Below are positions 9,948-18,479 of a stretch of 64,000 nucleotides of DNA, in pieces. Each line of letters opens with the position of its first letter. The first letter of the stretch is position 1. The DNA comes from an uncultured Trueperaceae bacterium (GTDB taxonomy: Bacteria; Deinococcota; Deinococci; Deinococcales; Trueperaceae): positions 160,001 through 224,000 of the forward strand of contig CAVSGP010000006.1 in assembly GCA_963727505.1 (NCBI GenBank), given 5' to 3'. The position numbers and the translations under genes are program-made. The notes under the pieces are model-generated. The model was given only the letters and a program-made list of their open reading frames with translations. It searched no databases and was not told the DNA's origin.

Positions 9948-11207
9948 TCAGTAGAGCAGTGCCAGCGCCGAGGGATCCTCCACCAGCTCCAGCAGCCGGT
10001 CGGCCCACGCCGCCGCCGCGCCGAGCTCGACGCGGGAACGGTCGAACGCCAGGCGCAGGGTCAGCGCGGTACGGACCTCCGGAGCGCCGTTGACGGCGAG
10101 GACGCGTTCGGCCAGCCTTCCAGCGACCAGGCTCACGACGCCCTCGTGCGGCGCGCTCTCGCCGGACAGCTCGGTGCGAGCGCGGGTGAGGTCGAGCAGC
10201 GAGAGCGCGGGAACGGATCCCGTCTCCGCCGGCCCGGCATCCCGCGCGGCAGCAGCCTCCCTTGCGCTCACGACGGCGGTCAGGCCGGCCGATGCGGCGT
10301 CTTCGAGGTGTGCGTCGCTCAGGGTGCCGTCTGCCACGCGGCGGTATCGCAGGCCGTGCGGGGTGCCTGCGTGGGTTTCGACCAGCGGGTTGCGCGCCCA
10401 CACGGCGGCCAGGAACCGCGCCAGCAGGTCGCCGACGTCGACCCCCGCGGTTTCGCCCGCCCCGCCTGTCGGCGTCCGGCTTTGCGCCCAGGCCACGACG
10501 GCCAGCAGCGGCGCGGCGTCGACCTCGCGGACGAACTCGGTCCAGCTTCCGGGTGCGCGCGGAACGCCGGCGGAGGTCGGGGAGGGGCGGATACCCCGCT
10601 CCGCCTCGCGCAGCACGTCGGCGGCCAGCACGGCGCCCTCCGGCCCGCTCCCCTCCAGCACGGTCACGTCCAGTCCGCGCTCCGACGCCAGACGCCGCGC
10701 CTTCGGGGACGCCGGGGTGAGGCGGTACGGGCCGGGGCGGTCGCTGGCGGCAGAGGGAGAAGTTCGTTGCGTGCCGGCCATCGCTGGGGTGCGGGTGGTG
10801 GTGGGCGCGCCCGTGGTGGGCGCCCCCGTGGTGGGCGCCCCCGTTCCGGGCTCCAGGGGGCCGTTGGCCCCCGGTCGCGGGGTCCCGGCCGGGGCCCGCT
10901 CGGGCGTGGCGGCGTCCGGTGTGGCGGCGTCCGGCTTTGGGGAGCGCGCGGAGGTATCCGCAGCCTCCCCTTCCGCGAGGATCACCGCGATGACGCTCCC
11001 CACCTTCACCTCGTCACCGGCGGCCGCGGTGACGCGCGCGAGCGTGCCGCTGGCGGGCGCGTCGAGCTCCATGGTGGCCTTGTCGGTCTCGACCTCCATG
11101 ATGGGCTCGCCCTCGTGGACCTGCTCGCCCTCCTGCTTGAGCCAGTTGAGGAGTACGGCGGTGTCCTGGTTCATCCCCAGGACCGGCATGATGACGTCCT
11201 TGGCCAC
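9948..11207 (-). CDS. E2-like lipoyl-carrier protein (lipoyl + E3/E1-binding domain + degenerate acyltransferase domain)
   Basis: Lipoyl motif VETDKAT and PSBD ASPKARRLA...GSGPEGAV are intact. The C-terminus reads LAFDRSRVELG where active E2s have DHRxxDG. Confidence 0.85.
   Translation of the reverse strand: MAKDVIMPVLGMNQDTAVLLNWLKQEGEQVHEGEPIMEVETDKATMELDAPASGTLARVTAAAGDEVKVGSVIAVILAEGEAADTSARSPKPDAATPDAATPERAPAGTPRPGANGPLEPGTGAPTTGAPTTGAPTTTRTPAMAGTQRTSPSAASDRPGPYRLTPASPKARRLASERGLDVTVLEGSGPEGAVLAADVLREAERGIRPSPTSAGVPRAPGSWTEFVREVDAAPLLAVVAWAQSRTPTGGAGETAGVDVGDLLARFLAAVWARNPLVETHAGTPHGLRYRRVADGTLSDAHLEDAASAGLTAVVSAREAAAARDAGPAETGSVPALSLLDLTRARTELSGESAPHEGVVSLVAGRLAERVLAVNGAPEVRTALTLRLAFDRSRVELGAAAAWADRLLELVEDPSALALLY
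10798..10842. repeat. 15-bp tandem repeat x3 (GAPTT) in the E2 linker
   Basis: GTGGTGGGCGC(G/C)CCC repeated three times. Confidence 0.85.
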
Positions 11208-11246
11208 GGCTCTCCTCTCGGGTCTAAGCGGGGCGCCTGGCGCGCA

Positions 11247-12629
11247 TCAGTGCTTGCCGTCCGGCCCGACGGCACCGGTGTCGGCGACGACCGGCGTGCC
11301 GGGCACGCCGGGCTTGCCTTCGGGGAAGATGCGGCCGTTGTTGTAGTTCGACTCGGTCTCCCGGATGCCGGGGAGGTCTCCGAGGGCGGTGTAGTACTTG
11401 GGCCCGGCGACCATGAGGTCCTCGGCGGGGAAGCGGCTGATGATCTCGCAGCCGTCCTTGGTCACCACCAGCTCCTCCTCGATGCGGGCGGCGGACCAGC
11501 CATCGCTGGCGGGCCAGAAGGTCTCGAGCGCGAACACCATGCCTTCTTCGATGACCTCGGGGTGGTCGAAGGAGAACAGGCGGCTGAAGATGGGCTTCTC
11601 CCAGATGTTGAGGCCGAGACCGTGGCCGTACTGCAGGGCGAAGGCGAGCTCTTCGTTGGGGAAGCCGAACTCCTGGGCCTTGGGCCAGATCGACACCACC
11701 TCGGCGGTGGTGACGCCGGGCTTGATGAGGCTGATGGCGTGGTCGAGCAGGTCGCGGCACTTGGCGTAGGCGTCGACCTGCGCCTGGCTGGCGCTGCCGA
11801 CGGCGAAGGTGCGGTAGTAGCAGGTGCGGTAGCCCATGTAGCTCTGCAGGATGTCGAAGTAGGCGGGATCGCCGGGGCGCAGCATGCGGTCGGACGCCAC
11901 GTGCGGGTGGGGGTTGCAGCGCTCGCCGCTGATGGCGTTGACGCCCTCGACCATCTCGCTTCCGTTCCGATACAGGAAGTCGCTGACGAGTCCGACCAGT
12001 TCGTTCTCGCGGACACCCGGGCGGAGGTGCTCGTAGAGATGGTCGTAGGCGGCGTCGACCATGCCCGCGGCGTGCGTGAGCAGGCTGATCTCGTCGACGG
12101 TCTTGATCTTGCGCGCCTCCAGCATGAGCTGCTGACCGTCGATGACGGTGATGCCCGCCTTCTGCAGGGCGAACAGCACCGGCGGCTCGACGATGTCGAT
12201 GGCGACGGGGTCGCCGGCGAGGCCGCGCTGGTCGAGCTCGTCCTTGATCCAGCGCGCCACCTTCTCGGCGCGGCCCATCTCGGGACTGATGGTGCCGCGC
12301 AGCATGGAGACGCCGGGGCGCGAGCGCTTCTCGCCGTCGAGCCACGGGGCGTAGAGCTGGTGGTGCTTGGCCGCCGAGCCGAAGTCCCACAGGATGGGTT
12401 CGTCGCCCTGCGGCAGCAGCGTGAAGCGCGCCACCTTGTCCTGCGCCCAGGTGCCGATGTGGGTGCTGGTGATGTAGCGGACGTTGTTCATGTCGAAGCA
12501 CAGCAGCGCTCCGGCCTCGGACTCTGCCAGTACCTTCTTGATGCGTGCCAGTCGTTCCGTGCGGAGGCGCTCGAAGTTGATGCGCTCCTCCCAGTCGACC
12601 GCCATGACGCCGTGTGTGTGAATGGCCAT
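11247..12629 (-). CDS. M24 (pita-bread fold) hydrolase, Xaa-Pro peptidase superfamily
   Basis: Creatinase-N-like ALLCFDMNNVRY; ARKIKTVDEI; YFD..., GYRTCYYRT, GHGLG, ALETF and RIEE motifs; GGAGG RBS before ATG 12629. Confidence 0.85.
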   Translation of the reverse strand: MAIHTHGVMAVDWEERINFERLRTERLARIKKVLAESEAGALLCFDMNNVRYITSTHIGTWAQDKVARFTLLPQGDEPILWDFGSAAKHHQLYAPWLDGEKRSRPGVSMLRGTISPEMGRAEKVARWIKDELDQRGLAGDPVAIDIVEPPVLFALQKAGITVIDGQQLMLEARKIKTVDEISLLTHAAGMVDAAYDHLYEHLRPGVRENELVGLVSDFLYRNGSEMVEGVNAISGERCNPHPHVASDRMLRPGDPAYFDILQSYMGYRTCYYRTFAVGSASQAQVDAYAKCRDLLDHAISLIKPGVTTAEVVSIWPKAQEFGFPNEELAFALQYGHGLGLNIWEKPIFSRLFSFDHPEVIEEGMVFALETFWPASDGWSAARIEEELVVTKDGCEIISRFPAEDLMVAGPKYYTALGDLPGIRETESNYNNGRIFPEGKPGVPGTPVVADTGAVGPDGKH

Positions 12630-12675
12630 CAGGAATCCGCCTCCCTCGTAAGGGGTCTGTTGCGCTCCCGGCGAA

Positions 12676-13695
12676 TCAGCCGGGCAGGCACATCTCGCGC
12701 GCGAGCGCGGTGAGCTGCTTCGGGGTGGGGACGGTGACGTCCTCGAGGACGGGGGAGAAGGGCACGGGCACGTCCATCGCCCCGAGCCGGCGAACCGGCG
12801 CATCGAGGTAGTAGAACGCGCCGTCGGCGATGACGGCGGCGAGCTCGGCACTCGCGCCGTAGCTGCGGTGCCCTTCGTCGACCACCACGACCCGGCCTGT
12901 CTTGCGGGCCGAGTCGATGAGGGTGTCTGCGTCGAGCGGGGCGAGCGAGCGCGGGTCGACGACCTCGGCGGAGATGCCGTGGGCCTCGAGTTGTTCGGCC
13001 GCCTGCAGTGCGACCAGGACCATGCTGCTGGTGGCAACGAAGGTGATGTCGGTGCCCTGGCGCTTGATGTCGGCCTGCCCGAGCGGGATGAAGACGTCAC
13101 CCTCGGGGACGGGCCCCTTGTCCTGGAAGCTGAGCTTGTCCTCGATGATGACGACGGGGTTGTCGTCGCGGATGGCGGCCTTCATGAGGCCCTTGGCGTC
13201 GTAGGGCGTGGCGGGCAGCGCCACCTTCAGGCCGGGGACGTGGCTCACCCAGGCGTGGAGGCTCTGGCTGTGCTGGGCGGCGCTGCGCCTGGTGGCGCCG
13301 AGGGTGGTCCGGAGGACCATCGGCACCTTGAGCTTGCCGCCGGACATGTAGTGGGTCTTGGCGGCCTGGTTCACGAGCTGATCCATCACCAGCGTCAGGA
13401 AGTCGCCGAACATGAGGTCGACCACCGGGCGCATGCCGGTCATGGCGGCGCCGACGGCCAGGCCGGTGAAGCCGGCCTCGCTGATGGGGGTGTCGCGGAC
13501 GCGTTCGGGACCGAACTCCTCGACGAGCCCCGAGAGCACCTTGAAGGGGGTGCCGGCCTCGGCCACGTCTTCGCCCAGGATGAAGACGCTGGGGTCGCGG
13601 CGCATCTCCTCGGCGAGCGCCTCGTTCACGGCCTGGGAGAAGGTGATGGTGCGCGCCTGACTCTCCTCGGAGAGCGTTCGGCTAGGCGTAGACAT
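12676..13695 (-). CDS. ThDP-dependent 2-oxoacid/acetoin dehydrogenase E1 beta subunit
   Basis: LGEDV, RVRDTPISEAGFTG, DQLVNQAAK, AQHSQS and YLDAPV motifs. Confidence 0.92.
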   Translation of the reverse strand: MSTPSRTLSEESQARTITFSQAVNEALAEEMRRDPSVFILGEDVAEAGTPFKVLSGLVEEFGPERVRDTPISEAGFTGLAVGAAMTGMRPVVDLMFGDFLTLVMDQLVNQAAKTHYMSGGKLKVPMVLRTTLGATRRSAAQHSQSLHAWVSHVPGLKVALPATPYDAKGLMKAAIRDDNPVVIIEDKLSFQDKGPVPEGDVFIPLGQADIKRQGTDITFVATSSMVLVALQAAEQLEAHGISAEVVDPRSLAPLDADTLIDSARKTGRVVVVDEGHRSYGASAELAAVIADGAFYYLDAPVRRLGAMDVPVPFSPVLEDVTVPTPKQLTALAREMCLPG

Positions 13696-14722
13696 GCAGC
13701 GTGACCTCGCTCTCGTCGGGGTAGGGGGCGTCGAGTCCGAACGACACCGCTTCGTCGGCTTCGGCGCGGACCTCGGTCTCCACCGTTTCGAGCTCCGCGG
13801 CGGTGGCGATCCCCTGCTCCTGCAGCCAGGTGGCGTACAGGGTGAGGGGGTCGCGTTCGCTCTTCCAGTGCGACTCCTCGTCCTTGGAGCGGTAGTAGTC
13901 GCGCTGGATGTCGCCGACGTGGTGCCCGTAGTAGCGGTAGGTGTGCGCCAGCAGGAACGAGGGTCCGTCGCCTTTGCGGGCGCGCTCGACCAGCTCGTGG
14001 GCCACGGTGCTCACGGCGGTGACGTCCTGGCCGTCGACTTCGGCGGTGTGGATGCCGAAGGCGCGCGGCCGGTCGAGGATGGCGCCGGCGGTGGTCTCCT
14101 CGAAGTGGGTGTATTCGTTGTAGAGGTTGTTCTCGCAGACGTAGATGACGGGGAGCTTCCAGAGCTGTGCCATGTTCATGACCTCGTAGAGCAGGCCCTG
14201 GCCGAGCGCGCCCTCCCCGAAGAAGCACACCGCCACCCGGTCGGTGCCCTGCAACCTGGCCGACAGCGCCGCGCCGGTGGCGATGCCTGCCGAGCCGCCG
14301 ACGATGGCGTTGGCGCCGAGGTTGCCGTTCTCCTGGTCGGCGATGTGCATGCTGCCGCCCTTGCCGCGGTTGTAGCCGGCGGCCTTGCCCAGCAGCTCGG
14401 CGAACATCAGGTCGAGCCGGGCGCCCTTGGCGATGCAGTGGCCGTGACCGCGGTGGGTGCTGGTGATGTAGTCCTCGCGGGTCAGGGCGTCGCATACGCC
14501 GACGGCGACGGCCTCCTCGCCGGCATACATGTGCGTGAGGCCGGGCATCTTGGCGGTGAGGTAGAGGTCGTTGGCGTGCTCCTCGAACACGCGGATGCGC
14601 ATCATCTGGCGGTAGGTGAAGAGGTGGCGCGGGGGGTCGGCATCGGCGGATACTCCGGCCCCCGGTGCCTTCCCGCCCGCCTTGGGATTCGTCGGCTTGT
14701 TCGCTGTGGATCGACCCGTCAC
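13682..14722 (-). CDS. ThDP-dependent 2-oxoacid/acetoin dehydrogenase E1 alpha subunit
   Basis: THRGHGH, GKGGSMH, GANAIVG, FFGEGA...ENN (variant GDG motif) and TYRYYGHH motifs. GTG 14722 has an AAGGAG RBS; alternative start 14788. Confidence 0.92.
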   Translation of the reverse strand: MTGRSTANKPTNPKAGGKAPGAGVSADADPPRHLFTYRQMMRIRVFEEHANDLYLTAKMPGLTHMYAGEEAVAVGVCDALTREDYITSTHRGHGHCIAKGARLDLMFAELLGKAAGYNRGKGGSMHIADQENGNLGANAIVGGSAGIATGAALSARLQGTDRVAVCFFGEGALGQGLLYEVMNMAQLWKLPVIYVCENNLYNEYTHFEETTAGAILDRPRAFGIHTAEVDGQDVTAVSTVAHELVERARKGDGPSFLLAHTYRYYGHHVGDIQRDYYRSKDEESHWKSERDPLTLYATWLQEQGIATAAELETVETEVRAEADEAVSFGLDAPYPDESEVTLHVYA

Positions 14723-14774
14723 GCAGTGCTCCTTCCCCGTGGAGCGGTACCCGGTCGGGGCCGCGGTTGGCGGC

Positions 14775-15524
14775 TCAGGCGGCGTCACCGTCCAGCTCGT
14801 CTTCGCGATCGTCGGCTTTCCGTTTCGTCTTCTCGAGCGCCAGCCGGCTGTCCTCGCGCACCTGTGCGAGGTGGGCCAGCATCGCGCTCCTGGCGGCGTC
14901 CGCGTCCCCGGCCTCGATGGCGACGAGGAGGGTGCGGTGGTGGCGCTGGCCGCGCATCGGGCCTCCGCTCACCTGGAAGATGTGCCCACGCAGCTCCTGC
15001 AGAAGGTCCACCACCGAATCGAGCAGGCGGGGGACGAAGTGGTTCTGGGTAGCGACGGCGAGCGCGATGTGGAAGCGGTTGTCCGCCTCGATGAAGGTCT
15101 TGGCGTCGTCCAGCGCGTCGTCCATGTCGTGGACGGCGGCGCGCAGGACCTCGAGATCGGCAGCGGTCCGGCGGAGCGCGGCGCGGGCGGCGATCTCGGG
15201 CTCGAGCAGCTCCCGAACTTCGACCATCTCCTCGGCCCGTTCCTCGGACGCGAACCCCATCATGAGCCGCAGCGACTGCTTCAGCGCGTTGACGGTGCCG
15301 TCGACGACGAACGTGCCCTGGCCGCGGCGTACCTCGACCAGGCCGTTCTGGATGAGCGTCTTCATGGCCTCGCGGATGACGGTCCGGCTGACGCCGTAGC
15401 GCTCCCCCAGGCTACGCTCGTTGGGCAGCTGGTCCCCACTGGTCAACTCGCCAGAGAGGATCAATTGGCGAATCCTCTCCACGACCTGTTCGTAGAGCTT
15501 GCGGTGTTGAAGCACATCCGTCAT
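14775..15524 (-). CDS. GntR/FadR-subfamily transcriptional regulator
   Basis: wHTH GDQLPNERSL...GVSRTVIREA...RRGQGTFV; FCD domain RELLE, DNRFH, QNH and HLA. Confidence 0.94.
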   Translation of the reverse strand: MTDVLQHRKLYEQVVERIRQLILSGELTSGDQLPNERSLGERYGVSRTVIREAMKTLIQNGLVEVRRGQGTFVVDGTVNALKQSLRLMMGFASEERAEEMVEVRELLEPEIAARAALRRTAADLEVLRAAVHDMDDALDDAKTFIEADNRFHIALAVATQNHFVPRLLDSVVDLLQELRGHIFQVSGGPMRGQRHHRTLLVAIEAGDADAARSAMLAHLAQVREDSRLALEKTKRKADDREDELDGDAA

Positions 15525-15560
15525 ATTGTAAACCCATGCATAAGATGCAATCTCTTGCAG

Positions 15561-15581
15561 GAGGTATGGTGGTAATACCTC
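15561..15581. promoter_or_regulatory. Putative FadR-type operator O1 (module A)
   Basis: GAGGTAT-GGTGGTA-ATACCTC inverted repeat; one of four copies of a shared 21-bp motif. Confidence 0.7.
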
Positions 15582-15596
15582 TTTTGGAATGGTGCG

Positions 15597-15678
15597 AACC
15601 TAGCACGCCTCCGAGCGCTCTGTCAAGAATTTTCGAGGGCTCGAGGGGTTTGACACACCCCCTCTGTTGTGCTAACGT
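15597..15678. promoter_or_regulatory. Back-to-back sigma70 promoters (module A)
   Basis: Plus: TTGACA(15650)-17-TAACGT with TGn. Minus: TTGACA(15626-15621)-18-TAGGTT with TGn. Confidence 0.8.
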
Positions 15679-15807
15679 TGGCCGCGTCCACAACTTGATT
15701 CTGTAGGTCTTGCGATTCCTTGCGAGCCGAGCCGATCCCCCGCCGAGGAGCGGGGCGCCGGCGCAACCAAAGGGGTGGTCCAGGCGCCCGAAGCGATTCT
15801 TACCGTC

Positions 15808-15843
15808 CGGTGGTATGACCACCACACCACTAATAGTTATCGA
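15808..15843. promoter_or_regulatory. Putative FadR-type operator O2 block (module A)
   Basis: CGGTGGTATGACCACCACACCACTAATAGTTATCGA; core TGGT-N3-ACCA; 35/36 identical to 32791-32826. Confidence 0.72.
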
Positions 15844-15950
15844 GCGCGTGTTCGCGTGTCCGGAGGGGCAGGGGCCACCGCTCGCGCCGTCGCACGGGCA
15901 AGCGAGTGCGCGTGCCGCATGGTCTCGCACCGCGTGGAGGAGAACCTGAC

Positions 15951-16829
15951 ATGGCAAGAATAGGATTCGTGGGCCTCGGGGTGATGGGCGGCCGCGTGGC
16001 CAAGCGACTGCTGGACGCGGGGCACACCGTCACGGGTTACAACCGTACGCGTTCGAAGGCGCGCTGGCTGGAGGACGCCGGCGTGGCCTGGGGCGACACT
16101 CCCCGGGCGGTCGCCGAGGCATCCGACGTCGTGTTCACCATGGTGACCAACACGACCGCCCTGGAGGCCGTGACACAGGGCGAGGACGGCGTGCTCGCTG
16201 GGCTCGCTCCGGGCAAGATCTACATCGACATGAGCACGGTCAGCCCGGCCTATAGCCAGGGACTCGCCGCGCAGGTCAAGGAGCGTGGCGCCACCATGCT
16301 CGACGCGCCGGTGTCCGGCAGCGTGGAGACGCTCGAGCAGGGCAAGCTCACCTTCATGGTGGGCGGCGAGCGCAGCGACTTCGAGAAGGTAGAGCCCATC
16401 CTGCTGGACGTGGGCCCGAAGGCGACCCACGTCGGCGCCAACGGCCTGGCGGTCACCATGAAGATCGCCACCAACCTGAGCCTGGCCGTGCAGATGCTGG
16501 CCTTCAGCGAGGGCCTGTTGCTGGCCGAGCGTAGCGGGATCAAGCGGGAGACGGCCGCCGAGGTGCTGCTCAACAGCGTCATCGCGTCCCCGATGGTCAA
16601 GTACCGCGGCCCCTTCGTCCTCCAGATGCCGGAGGAGGCCTGGTTCGACGTCAACATGATGCAGAAGGACATGAACCTCGCCCTCGAGCTGGGCCAGGAG
16701 GTCAACGTGATGCTCCCCACCACGGCCGCGACCAACGAACTGCTGACCGCCGCCCGCGGGCTGGGGCTCGACAAGCAGGACTTCGCCATCGTCTTCGAGG
16801 TGCTCGCGCGCCTCTCCGGGGGGAGCTGA
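15951..16829 (+). CDS. Beta-hydroxyacid dehydrogenase (3-hydroxyisobutyrate/tartronate semialdehyde reductase family)
   Basis: IGFVGLGVMG, YNRT, DMSTVSP, DAPVSG and MKIATN (catalytic Lys) motifs. Confidence 0.92.
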   Translation: MARIGFVGLGVMGGRVAKRLLDAGHTVTGYNRTRSKARWLEDAGVAWGDTPRAVAEASDVVFTMVTNTTALEAVTQGEDGVLAGLAPGKIYIDMSTVSPAYSQGLAAQVKERGATMLDAPVSGSVETLEQGKLTFMVGGERSDFEKVEPILLDVGPKATHVGANGLAVTMKIATNLSLAVQMLAFSEGLLLAERSGIKRETAAEVLLNSVIASPMVKYRGPFVLQMPEEAWFDVNMMQKDMNLALELGQEVNVMLPTTAATNELLTAARGLGLDKQDFAIVFEVLARLSGGS

Positions 16830-16833
16830 GTCG

Positions 16834-18324
16834 ATGGCCGCCGAGAGGCTGCGCCGCGATTCGGGAGAACGCCGGGAAGCCGCCGCCGGGGGGCAACCCA
16901 GGCTGGGCGAGTTCGGTTGCTACGTCGCCGGCCAGTGGGTGCGTACCGGCGACCGGCTGGAGGTGCTCAGCCCCTTCGACGGCAGCCTGGCGGCCGTGGT
17001 GCACCGGGCCGGCCCGGAGCAGATCGAGGCGGCCATCGCGCAGGCCACGGCGGCGTTCGAGACTACCCGGCACATGCCGGTGTGGAAGCGCTCGGAGGCG
17101 CTGGAGGCGATCAGCGCCGGTATCCGGGAGCGCCGCGAGGACCTCGCGCAGACCATCGCCCTGGAGGCCGGCAAGCCGGTCGCGGCGGCGCGTGGCGAGG
17201 TCGACCGGGCGGTGTTCACCTTCAAGGTCGCGGCCGAGGAGGCCAAGCGCATCTACGGTGAGATCGTGCCGCTCGACTGGATCCCCGGTCTGGAGGGACG
17301 CGAGGCACAGGTACGCCATGTCCCGCTGGGCCCGGTGGCGGGCATCAGCCCCTTCAACTACCCGCTGAACCTGGTGGCGCACAAGGTCGCGCCGGCGCTG
17401 GCCGCCGGTGACGCCATCGTGCTGCGCCCCGCCAGCCAGACGCCGCTGAGCGCGCTGAAGCTCGCCGACATCGTGCAGGGATCCGGTTTCCCGGACGGCG
17501 CCTTCAGCGTCGTGCCCAGCCGCACGGCCGACGCCGCGCCGCTCGTCGAGGACGAGCGTATCCGGCTGCTGACGTTCACGGGCAGCCCCGCGGTGGGCTG
17601 GTCGCTCAAGAGCCGGGCCGGACGCAAGCGCGTCACGCTGGAGCTCGGCGGGAACGCCGGCGTCATCGTGCACGCCGATGCCGACGTGGCGTACGCAGCG
17701 GAGCGCGTGGTCTGGGGAGGGTTCCAGTACTCGGGCCAGTCGTGCGTATCGGTGCAGCGCGTGTACGTGCACGAGGACGTATACGACGCATTCCGGGACG
17801 CGCTCGTGCCGCAGGTGGAAGCGTTGAAGCTGGGCGACCCCCTCGACGAGGCGACCGACGTCGGCCCCGTCATCGATGCCGACGCCGCCGAGCGGATCGA
17901 GGCGTGGGTGCGTGAGGCCACCGAGGGCGGCGCCCGCCTGCTCGCCGGTGGTGCCCGCCAGGGCAATCTGTGGCCGCCGACGGTGCTGGAGGACGTCACG
18001 CCGGCGATGAAGGTATGCAACCAGGAGGTCTTCGCGCCCATGATCGGGCTGTACCGCTACGCCGACGTGCACGAGGCGATCGACGCCGTCGACGCCAGCG
18101 ACTTCGGCTTGCAGGCGGGTCTGTTCACCAACGACTGGCGCGTCATCCGCGAGGCCTTCGACCGCATCGAGGTGGGCGGCCTGAACATCAACGACGTATC
18201 GACGTTCCGCGTCGACCACATGCCCTATGGCGGCGTCAAGCAGTCCGGGGCGGGGCGCGAGGGACTGCGCTACGCCATCCAGGAGATGAGCGAGATGAAG
18301 CTTCTGACGCTCAATCCCAGGTAG
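16834..18324 (+). CDS. Aldehyde dehydrogenase
   Basis: ISPFNYPLNL, FTGS, LELGGN, SGQSCVS (catalytic Cys), EVFAP and PYGGVKQSG motifs. Confidence 0.93.
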   Translation: MAAERLRRDSGERREAAAGGQPRLGEFGCYVAGQWVRTGDRLEVLSPFDGSLAAVVHRAGPEQIEAAIAQATAAFETTRHMPVWKRSEALEAISAGIRERREDLAQTIALEAGKPVAAARGEVDRAVFTFKVAAEEAKRIYGEIVPLDWIPGLEGREAQVRHVPLGPVAGISPFNYPLNLVAHKVAPALAAGDAIVLRPASQTPLSALKLADIVQGSGFPDGAFSVVPSRTADAAPLVEDERIRLLTFTGSPAVGWSLKSRAGRKRVTLELGGNAGVIVHADADVAYAAERVVWGGFQYSGQSCVSVQRVYVHEDVYDAFRDALVPQVEALKLGDPLDEATDVGPVIDADAAERIEAWVREATEGGARLLAGGARQGNLWPPTVLEDVTPAMKVCNQEVFAPMIGLYRYADVHEAIDAVDASDFGLQAGLFTNDWRVIREAFDRIEVGGLNINDVSTFRVDHMPYGGVKQSGAGREGLRYAIQEMSEMKLLTLNPR

Positions 18325-18479
18325 CTGGGGTCGAGCCGATCGTGCTAGGCCCAATCCTGGAGGGAGGTGAGCGGATTCTCCTGACCCATCAGCATGTGGA
18401 GGGGCACGGAGCACGGATAGGACGCGTACTCCTGTTCGACATCGACGAAGGAAGACCGGAAGACGTAGGAGGTTGAGAG

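Noticed and set aside
11247..12629. DddP DMSP lyase or PepP/PepQ assignment
   Set aside because: Only loose N-terminal resemblance; one metal ligand differs and there is no DMSP-related context.
9837..12713. 958-aa plus-strand ORF, and similar long ORFs at 37794-40139, 40403-42883 and 8079-9671
   Set aside because: Antisense shadow ORFs of real genes in high-GC DNA, with no motifs and Arg/Gly/Ala-biased composition.
9948..14722. Calling the operon pdhABC or acoABC
   Set aside because: The E2 catalytic motif is absent, there is no E3, an M24 gene is inserted and the ThDP motif is variant. Substrate cannot be assigned.
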